From contig CAWDLC010000036.1 in the NCBI GenBank assembly GCA_963803045.1, forward strand, positions 1,545 to 65,544: a DNA stretch of 64,000 nt, written 5' to 3'. Positions 25,555 through 38,611 of the stretch are shown piece after piece. The notes below the pieces were generated by a model, which had not been told where the DNA came from, did no database searches, and saw only the letters and a list, made by a program, of their open reading frames with translations. This DNA is from Candidatus Binataceae bacterium (GTDB lineage Bacteria; Desulfobacterota; Binatia; Binatales; Binataceae). Positions within the stretch are counted from its first letter, which is position 1. Each line of letters begins with the position of its first letter. The position numbers and the translations under genes were made by a program.

Positions 25555-26276
25555 TGGCTTTTTCGATCCGCATCCGCGAGTACGACCATCACACCGAGCA
25601 GGTTCACGCCGCCGGCGGAAACTGGGTGCGCGACGTGATGCTCGGGCTGAACGACGGACTGGTGGCCTCGTTCGCGGTTACCTCCGGCGTCGCGGGCGCA
25701 TTCGTGACCGGTAACGCGGCGATGATGGCGGGACTCTCGGAGATGCTTGGCGGCGCGGTAGCGATGGGGCTCGCGGCGTTCGCCTCCGCGCGCTCGCAAA
25801 TCGAGTTTTATCAAAGCGAGATAGAACGCGAGCGCGACGAAATCCGCCGATGGCCGGAACGCGAGCGCGAAGAGATCAGCACCATATATCGAGAAAAGGG
25901 GTTCGCCGGGCCGCTGCTCGATCAGATCGTCGCGCACATCACGTCGGACCCCGAGCGATGGAGCAACGTGATGATGCGCGAGGAGCTGGGCTTCCACGAA
26001 GAATCCTTCGACAGCCCGATCCGCTCCGCGCTTGCCGTCGGGTTGTCGTATCTGTCAGGCGCGGCAGTGCCCGTCTGGGCGTACATTTTTTTCGAGCCGA
26101 GCCGGGCGCTGATCGTGTCGGCCATCTCGACCGTAGCGGTGCTGTTCGGAGCCGGCGCGCTGAAGACGATTATCACCAGCCGTTCGTGGTGGCGCAGCGG
26201 ACTGGAAAGCATGTTGATTGGAATAGCAGCCGCGGGTGTGACTTACGCCGCGGGCCGCATGTTTGCCGCGCGCTGA
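25554..26276 (+). CDS. VIT1/CCC1 family iron/manganese transporter
   Basis: RDVMLGLNDGLV, GAVAMGL, EIERERDEI..PEREREE, MMREELG. Confidence 0.92.
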   Translation: MAFSIRIREYDHHTEQVHAAGGNWVRDVMLGLNDGLVASFAVTSGVAGAFVTGNAAMMAGLSEMLGGAVAMGLAAFASARSQIEFYQSEIERERDEIRRWPEREREEISTIYREKGFAGPLLDQIVAHITSDPERWSNVMMREELGFHEESFDSPIRSALAVGLSYLSGAAVPVWAYIFFEPSRALIVSAISTVAVLFGAGALKTIITSRSWWRSGLESMLIGIAAAGVTYAAGRMFAAR

Positions 26277-26302
26277 AGCTTGCCATCCGCAATTGTCACC
26301 GC

Positions 26303-27500
26303 TCAGGTCGTATACTCCGCGTTGATTCGCACGTAGTCGTAGCTCAGGTCGCAAGTTAGAATCCGGGCGTTCGATTTCCCCAACCGCAGATCGAGTCGCA
26401 CGGCGAATTCGCGCTCTTTCATCCGAGTCCCCGCATCCGCCAGCGCCTCGGTCAGCAGCCGGCCGTTTGCGGCAACTTTCACTCCGCCAATCGACAGCGT
26501 CAGCTTGCCGGGTTCGACGTACGCGCCGGACGATCCCGCCGCCATCAGGATTCGGCCCACGTTCGGATCGCATCCGAAGAACGCCGTCTTGACCAGCGGC
26601 GAGTTTGCGATTTGCCGGGCCGCGCGCTCGGCGTCGGCCGCGGTGCGGGCGCTGCGTACCTCGACGGAGACGAGCTTGGTCGCGCCCTCGCCGTCGCGCA
26701 CGAGTTCGCGCGCGAGCGCCGCCGAGATTTCGCTGGACCGCGCGATCGAATGCCGCCTGCTCGCGCGGGCCGAATGCGCGATTTTCCGCGGCGCCGCTCG
26801 CCATAATTATCACCGTGTCATTGGTCGACATGTCGCCGTCAACGGTGATCGCGTTGAAGCTCGCCGGCAGCGCGGACTTGAGCGATTTTTTCAGTAAAGA
26901 GGGAGCGATCACCGCGTCTGTGACCAGGTAACCGAGCATCGTCGCCATTTTTGGAGAGATCATCCCGACACCTTTCACCACGCCGGCGAGCGTGATGGTC
27001 GAGCCGCCCGCTTTGAAGCTGGTCGAGGCGGTCTTGGCGCGCGTGTCGGTCGTCATGATCGCATGCGCGAAGTCGGCAAGCCCGTCTTCGCGCAACGATC
27101 GCACGGCATCGGCGGCGCCGCTTTTGAATTTCGCGAAGTCGTAGAGATGACCGATCACACCGGTCGAGGATGGCACGACGAGTTCCGGCGCGCATCCGAG
27201 CAATCGCGCGACTTCCACGCATGAATCGCGCGCAAGGCGCATCCCCTCTGCGCCGGTGAAGCAGTTGGCGCATCCCGAATTCGCGACGACTGCCTGCAAA
27301 CGGCCCGACTTGACGCGCTCCGCCGTCACATATACGGGCGCGGCTTTAACACGATTGGCGGTGAACACCGCGGCTGCGGCGGCCGGGCGATCGGCGGCGA
27401 TAAGGCCAAGGTCCAGCGCGCCCGCCTTGGTCTTCAGTCCCGCGCTGACGCCGGCGAATCGAAATCCGCGCACGGCGGCGGGCTTGAGATCGACTTTCAT
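26303..27500 (-). CDS. argJ: Bifunctional ornithine acetyltransferase ArgJ (one frameshift near 26735)
   Basis: VFTANRVKAAPV, IMTTDT, KGVGMISPKMATML, DGDMSTND, RDGEGATK, DLSYDYVRINAEYTT. Confidence 0.95.
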
Positions 27501-27527
27501 CTAACTGCGAATCCTCCGTACGCCGAA

Positions 27528-27880
27528 CTATACGCGGACCGGGCGCGCACGCAAGAGTGCGCGCCGCTCCAGGCCGTCAAGAAATATGCGCAGCCCGCGA
27601 TCGCGTGTGTGGCTGCGCGACTCAGCAATTTTCTTTAGGGCTAGTCGAGGCTGCCCGGTCTTGTAAAGACTGCTGGCCAGCCACGCCAGCGCCTCAGCGC
27701 GGAGCGAAGAATCGAGGCGAAGCCTGAGCGCGGCTTCGTAATGCGGGATCGCATCGTGCTCGCGAGCGTTGTTGTCGTGGAATAGCGCGAGTTGAAAATG
27801 GGCCAGCGCTTTAGCTTGCCGCGTGCGCGCGGCTGCGATCGCTTGCTCCAACCGGCGCTGGTTGCGCCGCGGCCTCTGCG

Positions 27881-27884
<4 letters not shown>
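27528..27884 (-). CDS. Small tetratricopeptide-repeat protein
   Basis: [25 protein letters not shown]...[17 protein letters not shown] pair; GTG start overlaps the secA stop. Confidence 0.65.
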
Positions 27885-30570
<2,686 letters not shown>

Positions 30571-30764
30571 CTTATATGAGTGATTTTCGCGGCAAGTTTC
30601 TTTTGAGATCGGGTTCTCGACGAGCCACAGCGACGCGATCTGACCGCTGATACAATTTCGCAGTTTAGCTGTAAATCATCTTATCGTGAAATCGGGGCAG
30701 CAGGCAGGGGCGGCAATAGGCGAGAGGCGCCGTTCCAATACCGACTCGTTGTCCGAGGAAAGGG

Positions 30765-30917
30765 TTAGGGAGCGGAAATCGACCCCGCATCGCTTCGGTC
30801 GCATTTAATTACTCCGTCCATGTCCGCGGCTATCGCCACAGATGGTACCGCGACGATCGCGATTGCAAGCGAAAGCAGGGCGGTTTTCGCGAACGCGGAA
30901 ATTCCCGGCCTTTTCAT
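30765..30917 (-). CDS. 50-aa ORF with Sec signal peptide (small secreted protein or gene remnant)
   Basis: MKRPGISAFAKTALLSLAIAIVAVPSVAIA|ADMDGVIK...; starts 12 nt after the AAA gene stop. Confidence 0.35.
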   Translation of the reverse strand: MKRPGISAFAKTALLSLAIAIVAVPSVAIAADMDGVIKCDRSDAGSISAP

Positions 30918-30929
30918 TTGCGCATAGCC

Positions 30930-32459
30930 TTACCCGCCGCTGTGGACGGGAGATGCGCGGACCGCGCGCTCGAACGCCCAGGCACGAATGTGATTGATCT
31001 GTTCCTTCATGGTGTGCGCCAGCGGAACCAGCTCACCGGCGGCCAGGAAGAGATCCTGCTCGGTAACCTCATGGTCCTTCAGCCGCGCCTTGGTCAGCGC
31101 CGATATGACCGTCTGCTCGATCTCGGCGCCGGTCCAGCCTTTCGTGTAGGCTGCCAATCGTTCCAGATCAAACTTGGCCGCATCCATTCCCCGGCGGCCG
31201 AGATGAATCTTCAAGATCTCGATCCGTTCGGTAACCAGCGGCAGGTCAACGAAGAAGACCTCGTCGAAACGTCCTTTGCGAATCATCTCGGCGGGGAGAA
31301 GGTCGATTCGGTTTGCGGTGGCGGCGACAAAGAGCCCGCGCGCCTTCTCCTGCATCCAGGTCAGAAAGAAGGCGAAGATCCTGCCCTGCTGGCCGCCCGG
31401 ATCCCCCGATGTAATCCCCATCTCAATCTCGTCGAACCAAACCACCGCGGGCGCCATATCCTCGAGCGTCTTGCAGGCCTGGACGAATGCTCCCTCGGGC
31501 TCCCCATGCCTGCCGGAGAAGACCTCGATCATGTCGATTCGATAGAGAGGAAGCTCGAAGTGCGAGGCGATGGCTTTGACGCAGAGGCTCTTGCCGCAGC
31601 CCGGGATGCCCATGACAAGAACGCCCTTGGGCACTATGTCGGTGCTCAGGCTCTCGCGGAGTTGAAACAGTTTACGACGCTCCAGCAGCCACTGCTTGAG
31701 CTTCTCCAGGCCGCCGACCTCCCCGATGCTCGTGCTGTCGGCAACGTACTCGATGACGCCGCCGCGGTTGACCAGGAGCCGCTTTTCCTCGAGCATGGCT
31801 GGTAGCGACTCGGCGCCGAGGCCTCGACCCGCAGCCAAGGCACGGCGCACCGCGTGGCGCGCCTCCTGGAGCGTGACCCCCTGCAGGGCGCGCGCGAACT
31901 GGTATAGACTTGCCTCGCTCATGTCGGTGCTGACGCCAGCCGCCGAGAGTTGCTGAGCCTCGCCCCGCAGGAACTCGACCAGCTCGACGACATCAGGCGG
32001 CCGCAGCTCGAGATACAAAAGGTCACGCTCGACTTCCTCAGGAATGAATCGCACCGGCGAACTGATGACTATGAACTTCCGTTGATCGAGACAGCTTTCG
32101 TACAGGTCTCGAAGACGGCGCCTGACCTCCGGAGATTCGCGCAGCGGCTCGTGAAAGTCCTTGAGATGGAAGATGGCGGCGTCCTTGTGGGCGGCGATGA
32201 AGTCCAGAGCTTCGCGAGGATCGAGAGTGCCGGTCTCGGCCACTCCGTCATCGCGAAGCAATCCTTCCGTGAGGCTCCAGGTCCAAACGGGCACCGGTGT
32301 GGATGCGTGCAGCGCCCGGCCGACCTCGCGCAGCACCCTTCCGATTCGATGCTCTTCGGCGGAGTGGATATAGGTGAGCGGCCGTCCTGATTGGAAGACC
32401 TCGCGCAGCATCTTTGCCGCGCGGCTCTCAACAGGCTGAGTTTTTGTAGAATCGTCCAT
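30930..32459 (-). CDS. AAA+ ATPase, Ycf46-like
   Basis: Degenerate N-terminal domain (EEHR, WSLTEG, LKDFH); GIPGCGKS, WFDEIE, ATANRIDLLPAEMIRKGRFDEVFFVDLP. Confidence 0.9.
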   Translation of the reverse strand: MDDSTKTQPVESRAAKMLREVFQSGRPLTYIHSAEEHRIGRVLREVGRALHASTPVPVWTWSLTEGLLRDDGVAETGTLDPREALDFIAAHKDAAIFHLKDFHEPLRESPEVRRRLRDLYESCLDQRKFIVISSPVRFIPEEVERDLLYLELRPPDVVELVEFLRGEAQQLSAAGVSTDMSEASLYQFARALQGVTLQEARHAVRRALAAGRGLGAESLPAMLEEKRLLVNRGGVIEYVADSTSIGEVGGLEKLKQWLLERRKLFQLRESLSTDIVPKGVLVMGIPGCGKSLCVKAIASHFELPLYRIDMIEVFSGRHGEPEGAFVQACKTLEDMAPAVVWFDEIEMGITSGDPGGQQGRIFAFFLTWMQEKARGLFVAATANRIDLLPAEMIRKGRFDEVFFVDLPLVTERIEILKIHLGRRGMDAAKFDLERLAAYTKGWTGAEIEQTVISALTKARLKDHEVTEQDLFLAAGELVPLAHTMKEQINHIRAWAFERAVRASPVHSGG

Positions 32460-32622
32460 AAAAGAATCGCGGGAGTTGTGAGCCTGTGCTCGACTCCTTC
32501 GGCAGACCTGAGATGTCTCGGTTCAGATGATAGCGGTCGCGAGTCCACCGGTCACGCGGCGGGACCGGGAGCTATGCGGCGGACTCACCCGCGCAGCGAA
32601 TGAATCCAAATTAACTTAATCC

Positions 32623-32692
32623 GTCATCCCGACCGGGGTCTGCGAAGCCGAAGGGAACCGGATCCGGGATTCTTCGCTTCGCTCTGAATGAC
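32623..32692. repeat. REP-like palindromic element (GTCATCC...GAATGAC type)
   Basis: gtcatcccgac...gattcttcgcttcgctctgaatgac, just downstream of murI. Confidence 0.55.
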
Positions 32693-32705
32693 ATGGGGGG
32701 CGTTG

Positions 32706-33602
32706 CTAGCGCTCGATGCGGACGGCGGATTCGACCTGCGGGCCGAGAAATCTGCGACCGACGCGGACGAAACGATCGGGGGTCTCGGTGACGAAAAAAC
32801 TCTGAACCCCGCTGCCGCCGCGCCGGGCGAGCTTGAGAATCCGCAGCCTTTTGCGCACTTCGGTCGCGGTCGCAGTCGCGGAGTCCACGATCTTCACGCG
32901 CGGGCCGAGAATTCGCGCGAACATTTCCCGCAGCAGCGGGTAATGGGTGCATCCGAGCAGCAGCGTGTCGATGCCGCTCTGTTTGAGACTCTCGAGGTAG
33001 TGGGCGACGGTCAATTCCGCGACCGCATTGTCGGTCCATCCTTCCTCGGCCAGCGGCACTAGCAGCGGGCATGCGCGCGTGTAGATTTCCGCGCGCGGGC
33101 TGAGCCGCTGGATCGCGCGCGTGTAAGCGCCGGACGCGATGGTTGCTTCGGTGCCGATCACGCCTATTTTGCCGTTGCGCGAGGCCTTGGCGGCGGCGCG
33201 TGCGCCCGGCTCGATCACGCCGATCACGGGCACCATCGTGTCCGACGCGATTGCGTCGAGCGCGACCGCGCTGGAAGTGTTGCAGGCGACCACCAGCATC
33301 TTGATTCCCTTGGCGAGCAGGAAGCTGGTGTTCTCCTTCGAGTAGCGGACGATGACTTCGTTGGATTTCGTGCCGTAAGGGAGCCGCGCCGTATCGCCGA
33401 GGTAGATGAAATCTTCATTGGGCAGAGCCGCGGTCAGCGCTTTGAGGACGGTGAGTCCGCCGATTCCCGAATCGAAGACGCCGATGGGCCGGTCGATCGC
33501 CGCGCGCGAGCCGCGAAGAAGCCCGTTGGACGCCGCGATCGAGTTTGGCCGTGGTGCAGATTTTTTGCGGGTCGGCATCTGAATCCGCTGGTGCTTGCTC
33601 AT
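32706..33602 (-). CDS. murI: Glutamate racemase
   Basis: IGVFDSGIGGLTV, PYGTKS, VACNTSS, LGCTHYP. Confidence 0.97.
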   Translation of the reverse strand: MSKHQRIQMPTRKKSAPRPNSIAASNGLLRGSRAAIDRPIGVFDSGIGGLTVLKALTAALPNEDFIYLGDTARLPYGTKSNEVIVRYSKENTSFLLAKGIKMLVVACNTSSAVALDAIASDTMVPVIGVIEPGARAAAKASRNGKIGVIGTEATIASGAYTRAIQRLSPRAEIYTRACPLLVPLAEEGWTDNAVAELTVAHYLESLKQSGIDTLLLGCTHYPLLREMFARILGPRVKIVDSATATATEVRKRLRILKLARRGGSGVQSFFVTETPDRFVRVGRRFLGPQVESAVRIER

Positions 33603-33606
33603 TTAT

Positions 33607-34702
33607 TCATCCGCGCGCGAGGCGCTCGCCGATTATGGCCGGTCGGGAGGGCGGCGCGCCAAAGACGCGTTGGTGGACGCTGGCCGGTTCCATGCACAGA
33701 TAGGCGGGGATTTCCGCGCCCGCTTTTCGGAAACGATCGGCGAGCGTGCGGTAAAGATTGAGGCGCAGCGGCGTGAAGGTCCGAAAGCGCCCGTCGGAGG
33801 CGAGCAGGTCCTCGCCGCACAGCATCGGATCGCCGGGAAAACGGCTGCGCGCGGCGCCGCGCAACCCCGGCGTCATCCGAAGACCGCCCATACTGATGAA
33901 CGAGATTTGTTCGGGCGCAACCATGTCCAGCAACTCGTCGATCAATCGGATGTAATCGCGCTCGGCGCCGGGATATGCGATCAACGGATCGAAATGAAAC
34001 GCGACGCCGTAGCCGGCGTCGAGGACGGCGCGCGCCGCCGCGATTCGCGCCGCGGGCGAAGCGGTGAGATGCTCCGAGCTGCGATAGACGGCGTCGGGCG
34101 ACAAGGTCCACGAGACAAGCACGCGGCCGCGCGGGTCCAGCGGCAAGAAGATTTTCAATTTCGTCGGTCTTGGTCTTGAGTTCGAGGGTCAGATTTTCGC
34201 GCGAGGCAAAAAAATCGATCAGGTCGCGGCTGATCGAGGTAATCGAGTCGAACGCGAGCGAGTCCGCCAGGTCGCCGGTGCCGACGCGGAAGCTGCGCCC
34301 GCGAGCGTTGCCGATCAGCCGGTCGAGCTCGTCGAATGAGTCGGTGAAATTCGCGTATACCTGGAAGGCGGGATTGTCAGCCAGAAATTCCTGCAGAAAG
34401 CAGTACGAGCAATCCATCGGGCAGTTCGAGGCGAGCGTGAGCACGAGGTATCCGCAGCAGGCGAACCTGGAGGAACCTGCAGGGCAGGGGTTCAGGAACG
34501 GAGTCTTGCGCCGCGCGATCACCATCCGGCGTTTGCCGGCGCCGAACGGATCGCGCTCGCCGGATGCGGGCCGGGACACCTCGCGGGCGTCGGCGACATG
34601 CGCCACGCGCACATGGCGCGGAAGCGAGCGCAGGATGCGAGTCGCCAGTGCAGAGCCGGCGCATCCATGCTCGACAAACACCGCGTCGAGATCGAATTTC
34701 AC
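33607..34702 (-). CDS. Spore photoproduct lyase-like radical SAM protein (one frameshift near 34140)
   Basis: CPAG..CCGY, NCPMDCSYCFLQ (CX3CX2C), GTGDLADSL, ELKTK, FHFDP, YLCME. Confidence 0.85.
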
Positions 34703-35235
34703 TTTTTACCGCCGAGCATTTCAATAATCCTTGTCAGTCCCGGGCGCGATCGATCGAGCGCCTCGAGCAGATGCGCCAGTTCGGCGGCGCTTCGCACCCG
34801 AAGCGAAACCGTGAGCTCATCAGAGCCCAGCTCTTTGGGCAAGGCCACCGAAATTGCGCGGGGGAGCTTCAGCGCCGAGACTTCAGCGCGCAGTTGCTCC
34901 TGCATTTTCTTCAGTCGAGGGTAGCGAAGCGTTCGAAGTGCTTCCAGGAGCGCGCTCGCGCGCGACGGCGCGGAGCCGGGACCGCTCGCGATGGACAGGA
35001 TTTCGGGGCGGTCGAGAACGCCGGCGACTGTGACACGCTCGCGCACGGCGATTTCCTCGAGCGTCTCGAGCGCGGTCACCAATTGACCGGTCCGCAGGCG
35101 GATGACGCGCGCGATACCGAGCATCGCGGCGCGCGACGCCGGGTCCATCGCGAGCCATCGCGCGAGATGGCTCGGCGGCAGCCGGCGCTGGGCAGCGAGT
35201 TCGCGAATCTGCGCGTCGATCTCGTCAGCATTCAT
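34699..35235 (-). CDS. Hypothetical protein resembling the C-terminal half of deltaproteobacterial ParB-like proteins
   Basis: LEEIAVRE, LRTLRYPRL, LKLP..I.V..P..L....LTVSL; overlaps both neighbours by 4 nt. Confidence 0.65.
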   Translation of the reverse strand: MNADEIDAQIRELAAQRRLPPSHLARWLAMDPASRAAMLGIARVIRLRTGQLVTALETLEEIAVRERVTVAGVLDRPEILSIASGPGSAPSRASALLEALRTLRYPRLKKMQEQLRAEVSALKLPRAISVALPKELGSDELTVSLRVRSAAELAHLLEALDRSRPGLTRIIEMLGGKK

Positions 35236-36179
35236 GTGGAATTTCGCGAAGCATAGGGCGCTTCGACCCGAAGCATCGCTCGCATCGACTTGACCGCGCA
35301 TCCGATTTCAGGAGCCGCACGCGTATCCCAGCCTCGCGCCTGGTCAGCGACCCATTCGTACAGTCGCGCCTCGTGAATTTTGCCGCGACGCCGAAGGCCG
35401 CGCGCGTAGATGGAGCTTTTCTCGGCGAGTACTTCGACGACCGAGGTTCGCCGCGCAGGGGAAAGCCGATCGTCCGCGAGCAATTTGGCAAGGGCGAGAA
35501 TGCGGAAGCGATCGAGGGCAGGAGTCTTTGCCGAGAGCTGATCGGGACGCCCGCCGCGGCGCGTCACCAGCGGCTCGTCGAGCAGGCCGGCTTCATAGTC
35601 GATGAGAATTCGCAGCCATAGGTCGTAGTCTTCGGCGGCGGTCATGAGCTCGTCGAAGCCGCCGGATGAGCGGAAAAGATTGGTGCGTATCATCACCGAC
35701 GACATACCGATCAGGCAGGTGCGAAGCGAGTCGATGAAAATATCGCCGGCGCGCTTGCGATGGCGGATTGCGGGATTCACCCGCCGCCCGTTGCGGAGCC
35801 AGATTTCGTTGGTTTGCGAGATCGCGCAGCCGGGGTTGTCGCGCATGAACGCGAGCTCGCGTTCGAGCTTTGCCGGCGACCAGAGATCGTCGGAATCGAG
35901 GAATGCGATCAGCGGCGCGCGCGCCAGGGCGACGCCGCGGTTTCGCGCCGCGGCGGGACCGCGATGATCGATGCGGTCCACAATCAGAGCGATTCCACGG
36001 CGGGCGGCATGTTGGTTGGCGGTGCGCGCGAGCGCGGCGGCGGTGGAATCGGTCGAGCCGTCGTCGATGACGATCAACTCCAACGCCTGACTCGATTGGG
36101 CGAGCACGGAATCGATCGCCTCGAGCAGCATCGCGCATCGATTGTAAGCGGGGATAATTACCGAAACTTCGGGAGTCAT
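35232..36179 (-). CDS. Glycosyltransferase family 2
   Basis: VSVIIPAYNR, IDDGSTD, AARNRG, AFLDSDD, AEDYDLWLRI. Confidence 0.93.
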   Translation of the reverse strand: MTPEVSVIIPAYNRCAMLLEAIDSVLAQSSQALELIVIDDGSTDSTAAALARTANQHAARRGIALIVDRIDHRGPAAARNRGVALARAPLIAFLDSDDLWSPAKLERELAFMRDNPGCAISQTNEIWLRNGRRVNPAIRHRKRAGDIFIDSLRTCLIGMSSVMIRTNLFRSSGGFDELMTAAEDYDLWLRILIDYEAGLLDEPLVTRRGGRPDQLSAKTPALDRFRILALAKLLADDRLSPARRTSVVEVLAEKSSIYARGLRRRGKIHEARLYEWVADQARGWDTRAAPEIGCAVKSMRAMLRVEAPYASRNST

Positions 36180-36775
36180 CGCGAATCGGCGTGTTTGACG
36201 GTGACGGAGCGATCGACCGCGAGGATTCGAAGGCGCAGATCGTCGATTCCCTCGCCGGAAGTTGCCGAGCAGAAAATTGGGCGCGCGCGCATCGAGTCGA
36301 AGCGTTTGAGCGCGGCGGCGCGCTCCGAACGGCGCAACTTATCGCACTTGGTCGCGACCGGGATCACTTCGATGCCGCGATCGGCGGCCATCGCCGCCAG
36401 ATCGAGTTCGTCGTGCTGAGGACCGCGGCGGCAATCGATCAGAATCGCGATGGCGGCGAGATTGACGCGCGCGTGGATGTATTCGTGCATCATGGAAGCG
36501 ATTTTGGCCGCTTCGTCGTGACCCATTTTCGCGTAGCCGAAGCCCGGCAGGTCGCACAGCGCGAGCGTGCCGCCGACTGCGAAGAAGTTGAGACATCGCG
36601 TCCGTCCGGGGGTTTTGCTGGTGCGCGCGAGACCTTTGACTCCGGCGAGCGCATTGAGCAACGAACTCTTGCCCACGTTGGATCGGCCGGCGAGGGCGAC
36701 CTCGGCGCGCTTCCATCGCGGGCATCCGTCGAGAGCGAATGCGGATGTAACGAATTCTGCGGTGAAGCGAATCAT
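36176..36775 (-). CDS. yihA: Ribosome biogenesis GTPase YihA/YsxC (EngB)
   Basis: GRSNVGKSS, SKTPGRT, DLPGFG, TKCDK. Confidence 0.95.
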   Translation of the reverse strand: MIRFTAEFVTSAFALDGCPRWKRAEVALAGRSNVGKSSLLNALAGVKGLARTSKTPGRTRCLNFFAVGGTLALCDLPGFGYAKMGHDEAAKIASMMHEYIHARVNLAAIAILIDCRRGPQHDELDLAAMAADRGIEVIPVATKCDKLRRSERAAALKRFDSMRARPIFCSATSGEGIDDLRLRILAVDRSVTVKHADSR

Positions 36776-36881
36776 GTTGAGCTGTGGTTCAGCCGGCGAG
36801 CTCGATGCGCAGCGGGATGACCGGGCCAGGTGCGCGCCGATTCCGTTCACGGTGATGCTCGCGCGCAAACGGCTGTCGCCG

Positions 36882-37481
36882 TCAGGGTTCGTTGTCGCTG
36901 GAGTTGGCCTCGTCGCCGGTCTTGATGTTGAGGGTGCGCTTCAGGGTTTCGAGCTGCGCGATGAAGATGCCGCGAATGACCTGCTTGATGACGCCGTCAG
37001 GGACGGGCAGCGGCTGCAGCAGATGCGTGGTTTCGTGGTAGTCGATGAAGGTGCTCGCGCCTTCATCGCCGAGCTGGTACACGGCTTGAGTATCGAGCAG
37101 CGGATTGTTGACGGTGTGATAGACGATCTTTTTCTGGTCGGGCAGGTAATAGAACTCGAGCTCGGTGGTGAACGTTTGTCCGCCCGGTCCCGCGATATCC
37201 AGATCGACGGTCTTTTCATTTCCGCTCTGAGATACGACGCGCACCGCTTTGACTTGATCGTTGTGCGTGTTTTCGATGCCGCGAATCGCGGTGAAGACGG
37301 TCTGCTCGGGGGCCGGGATGCGCGCGGTGAAATCGGCCTTCCAAACGTCGCCGTCATGTCCGATGTTCTCGGTGAGCAGGCCGGCCTGCCGCGCGCGATG
37401 CGTTTGATAGTAACGCCATCCCACGATCGCGACGACTGCGAGAACAATCAATCCAGCCAGGATTTTGAGTACCGTCTTCAT
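36882..37481 (-). CDS. Membrane-anchored hypothetical protein, possibly START/SRPBCC fold
   Basis: N-terminal TM helix; ARIPAPEQTVF and terminal helix pattern. Confidence 0.6.
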   Translation of the reverse strand: MKTVLKILAGLIVLAVVAIVGWRYYQTHRARQAGLLTENIGHDGDVWKADFTARIPAPEQTVFTAIRGIENTHNDQVKAVRVVSQSGNEKTVDLDIAGPGGQTFTTELEFYYLPDQKKIVYHTVNNPLLDTQAVYQLGDEGASTFIDYHETTHLLQPLPVPDGVIKQVIRGIFIAQLETLKRTLNIKTGDEANSSDNEP

Positions 37482-37494
37482 CGATGAATCGCTT

Positions 37495-38040
37495 TCACCT
37501 AACTATTTGAAATGTGCCGACCAGTTCAGCGGTCGCGACGACGTGGCCGCTCATCGCGGACTGGACTGCGGCCGCGTCCGCCTTGTCGTCGAGAGTCAAC
37601 GTCGAGTCCAGCGCGAAGAGTTGAAAATGATAATGATGCAATTTCCCCGGTGGCGGACACGGTCCATTGTAGCCGATGTGCTCGAAGCTGTTGATTCCAT
37701 TTGTTCCGCCACCCGCAATTTCCGCGGTCCGTGGCAGGCCAGCGGGCAGCGAAGTTTCGCGAGCCGGGATATTGTACGCCACCCAATGAATAAATGTTCC
37801 ACGGGGAGCGTCGGGATCATCGACGATCAATGCAAATGATTTCGTCGATTGCGGCGCCTCGCTCCACGCGAGCGCGGGGGATCGATCGGCACCAGTACAT
37901 GCGTACTCATCGGCGATTGCTTCTCCAGGAGCGATCGCAGGGCTGGTCAGCGTCAGTTGCGCCTGGGCAGCATTGGCAAGGCCAAGCAAGACGAAGATTA
38001 CCGCAACTGAAATCCGTTGGAGATTTGGCCTTATGATCAT
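37495..38040 (-). CDS. YbhB/YbcL family (PEBP) protein, secreted
   Basis: Signal peptide, SPALAW, DDPDAP..FIHWV, YNGPCPP..HHYHF.LFALD. Confidence 0.93.
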   Translation of the reverse strand: MIIRPNLQRISVAVIFVLLGLANAAQAQLTLTSPAIAPGEAIADEYACTGADRSPALAWSEAPQSTKSFALIVDDPDAPRGTFIHWVAYNIPARETSLPAGLPRTAEIAGGGTNGINSFEHIGYNGPCPPPGKLHHYHFQLFALDSTLTLDDKADAAAVQSAMSGHVVATAELVGTFQIVR

Positions 38041-38315
38041 TTTCAAGGTTCCCAAGGCTCGTTTAGAGCCTTGACGTACATTTTGTATCGAAATCTTGCA
38101 GGAATTGGTGACTTCGCATACAACGAGTTGGGACGAAAGAGCGAAAAGTAGCACAAATCGGCTTAGGCTGCTCTTGACCGGCACCGGTGATTTTGAGACA
38201 TTCAAATAGACTCATGGTGAGCGTAAGGGGCGGATTAAGCATTTGACCGATGCGAAAAAAGGCATCAAATCTAGCTGGCGGTCGGCGGACGGGGCTCACG
38301 TTACCGGGGGATATC

Positions 38316-38540
38316 ATGGCTGGTGAAACTAAGTATAGCTTGCCGCGAGTGATGACGGTCAAGGAATTGTCCGAATATCTGCGCGTGCATCCGTCGACGA
38401 TCTACAAGCTGCTTCGTCGCGGAGAGCTGCCGGGTTTTCGGATCGGCACCGATTGGCGTTTCAACGCCGAGGTGATCGACCGTTGGTGTCTGGAGCGAAA
38501 CATGAAAGCTCCGGATGGCGGCACCTCCAGCCAGAACTGA
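38316..38540 (+). CDS. Small HTH_17 (excisionase/BldC-like) DNA-binding protein
   Basis: MTVKELSEYLRVHPSTIYKLLRRGELPGFRIGTDWRF. Confidence 0.9.
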   Translation: MAGETKYSLPRVMTVKELSEYLRVHPSTIYKLLRRGELPGFRIGTDWRFNAEVIDRWCLERNMKAPDGGTSSQN

Positions 38541-38611
38541 CGCGCGCGATCGTCGAGTCGCATCCGCCCGGCGGCGGCCCGAATGCGGAGCAGTCTCCAT
38601 CGCAAGATTGG

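Noticed and set aside
38250-38600. Prophage or integrative element marked by an excisionase
   Set aside because: No integrase, att repeats, tRNA or phage genes; the flanks are ordinary chromosomal genes.
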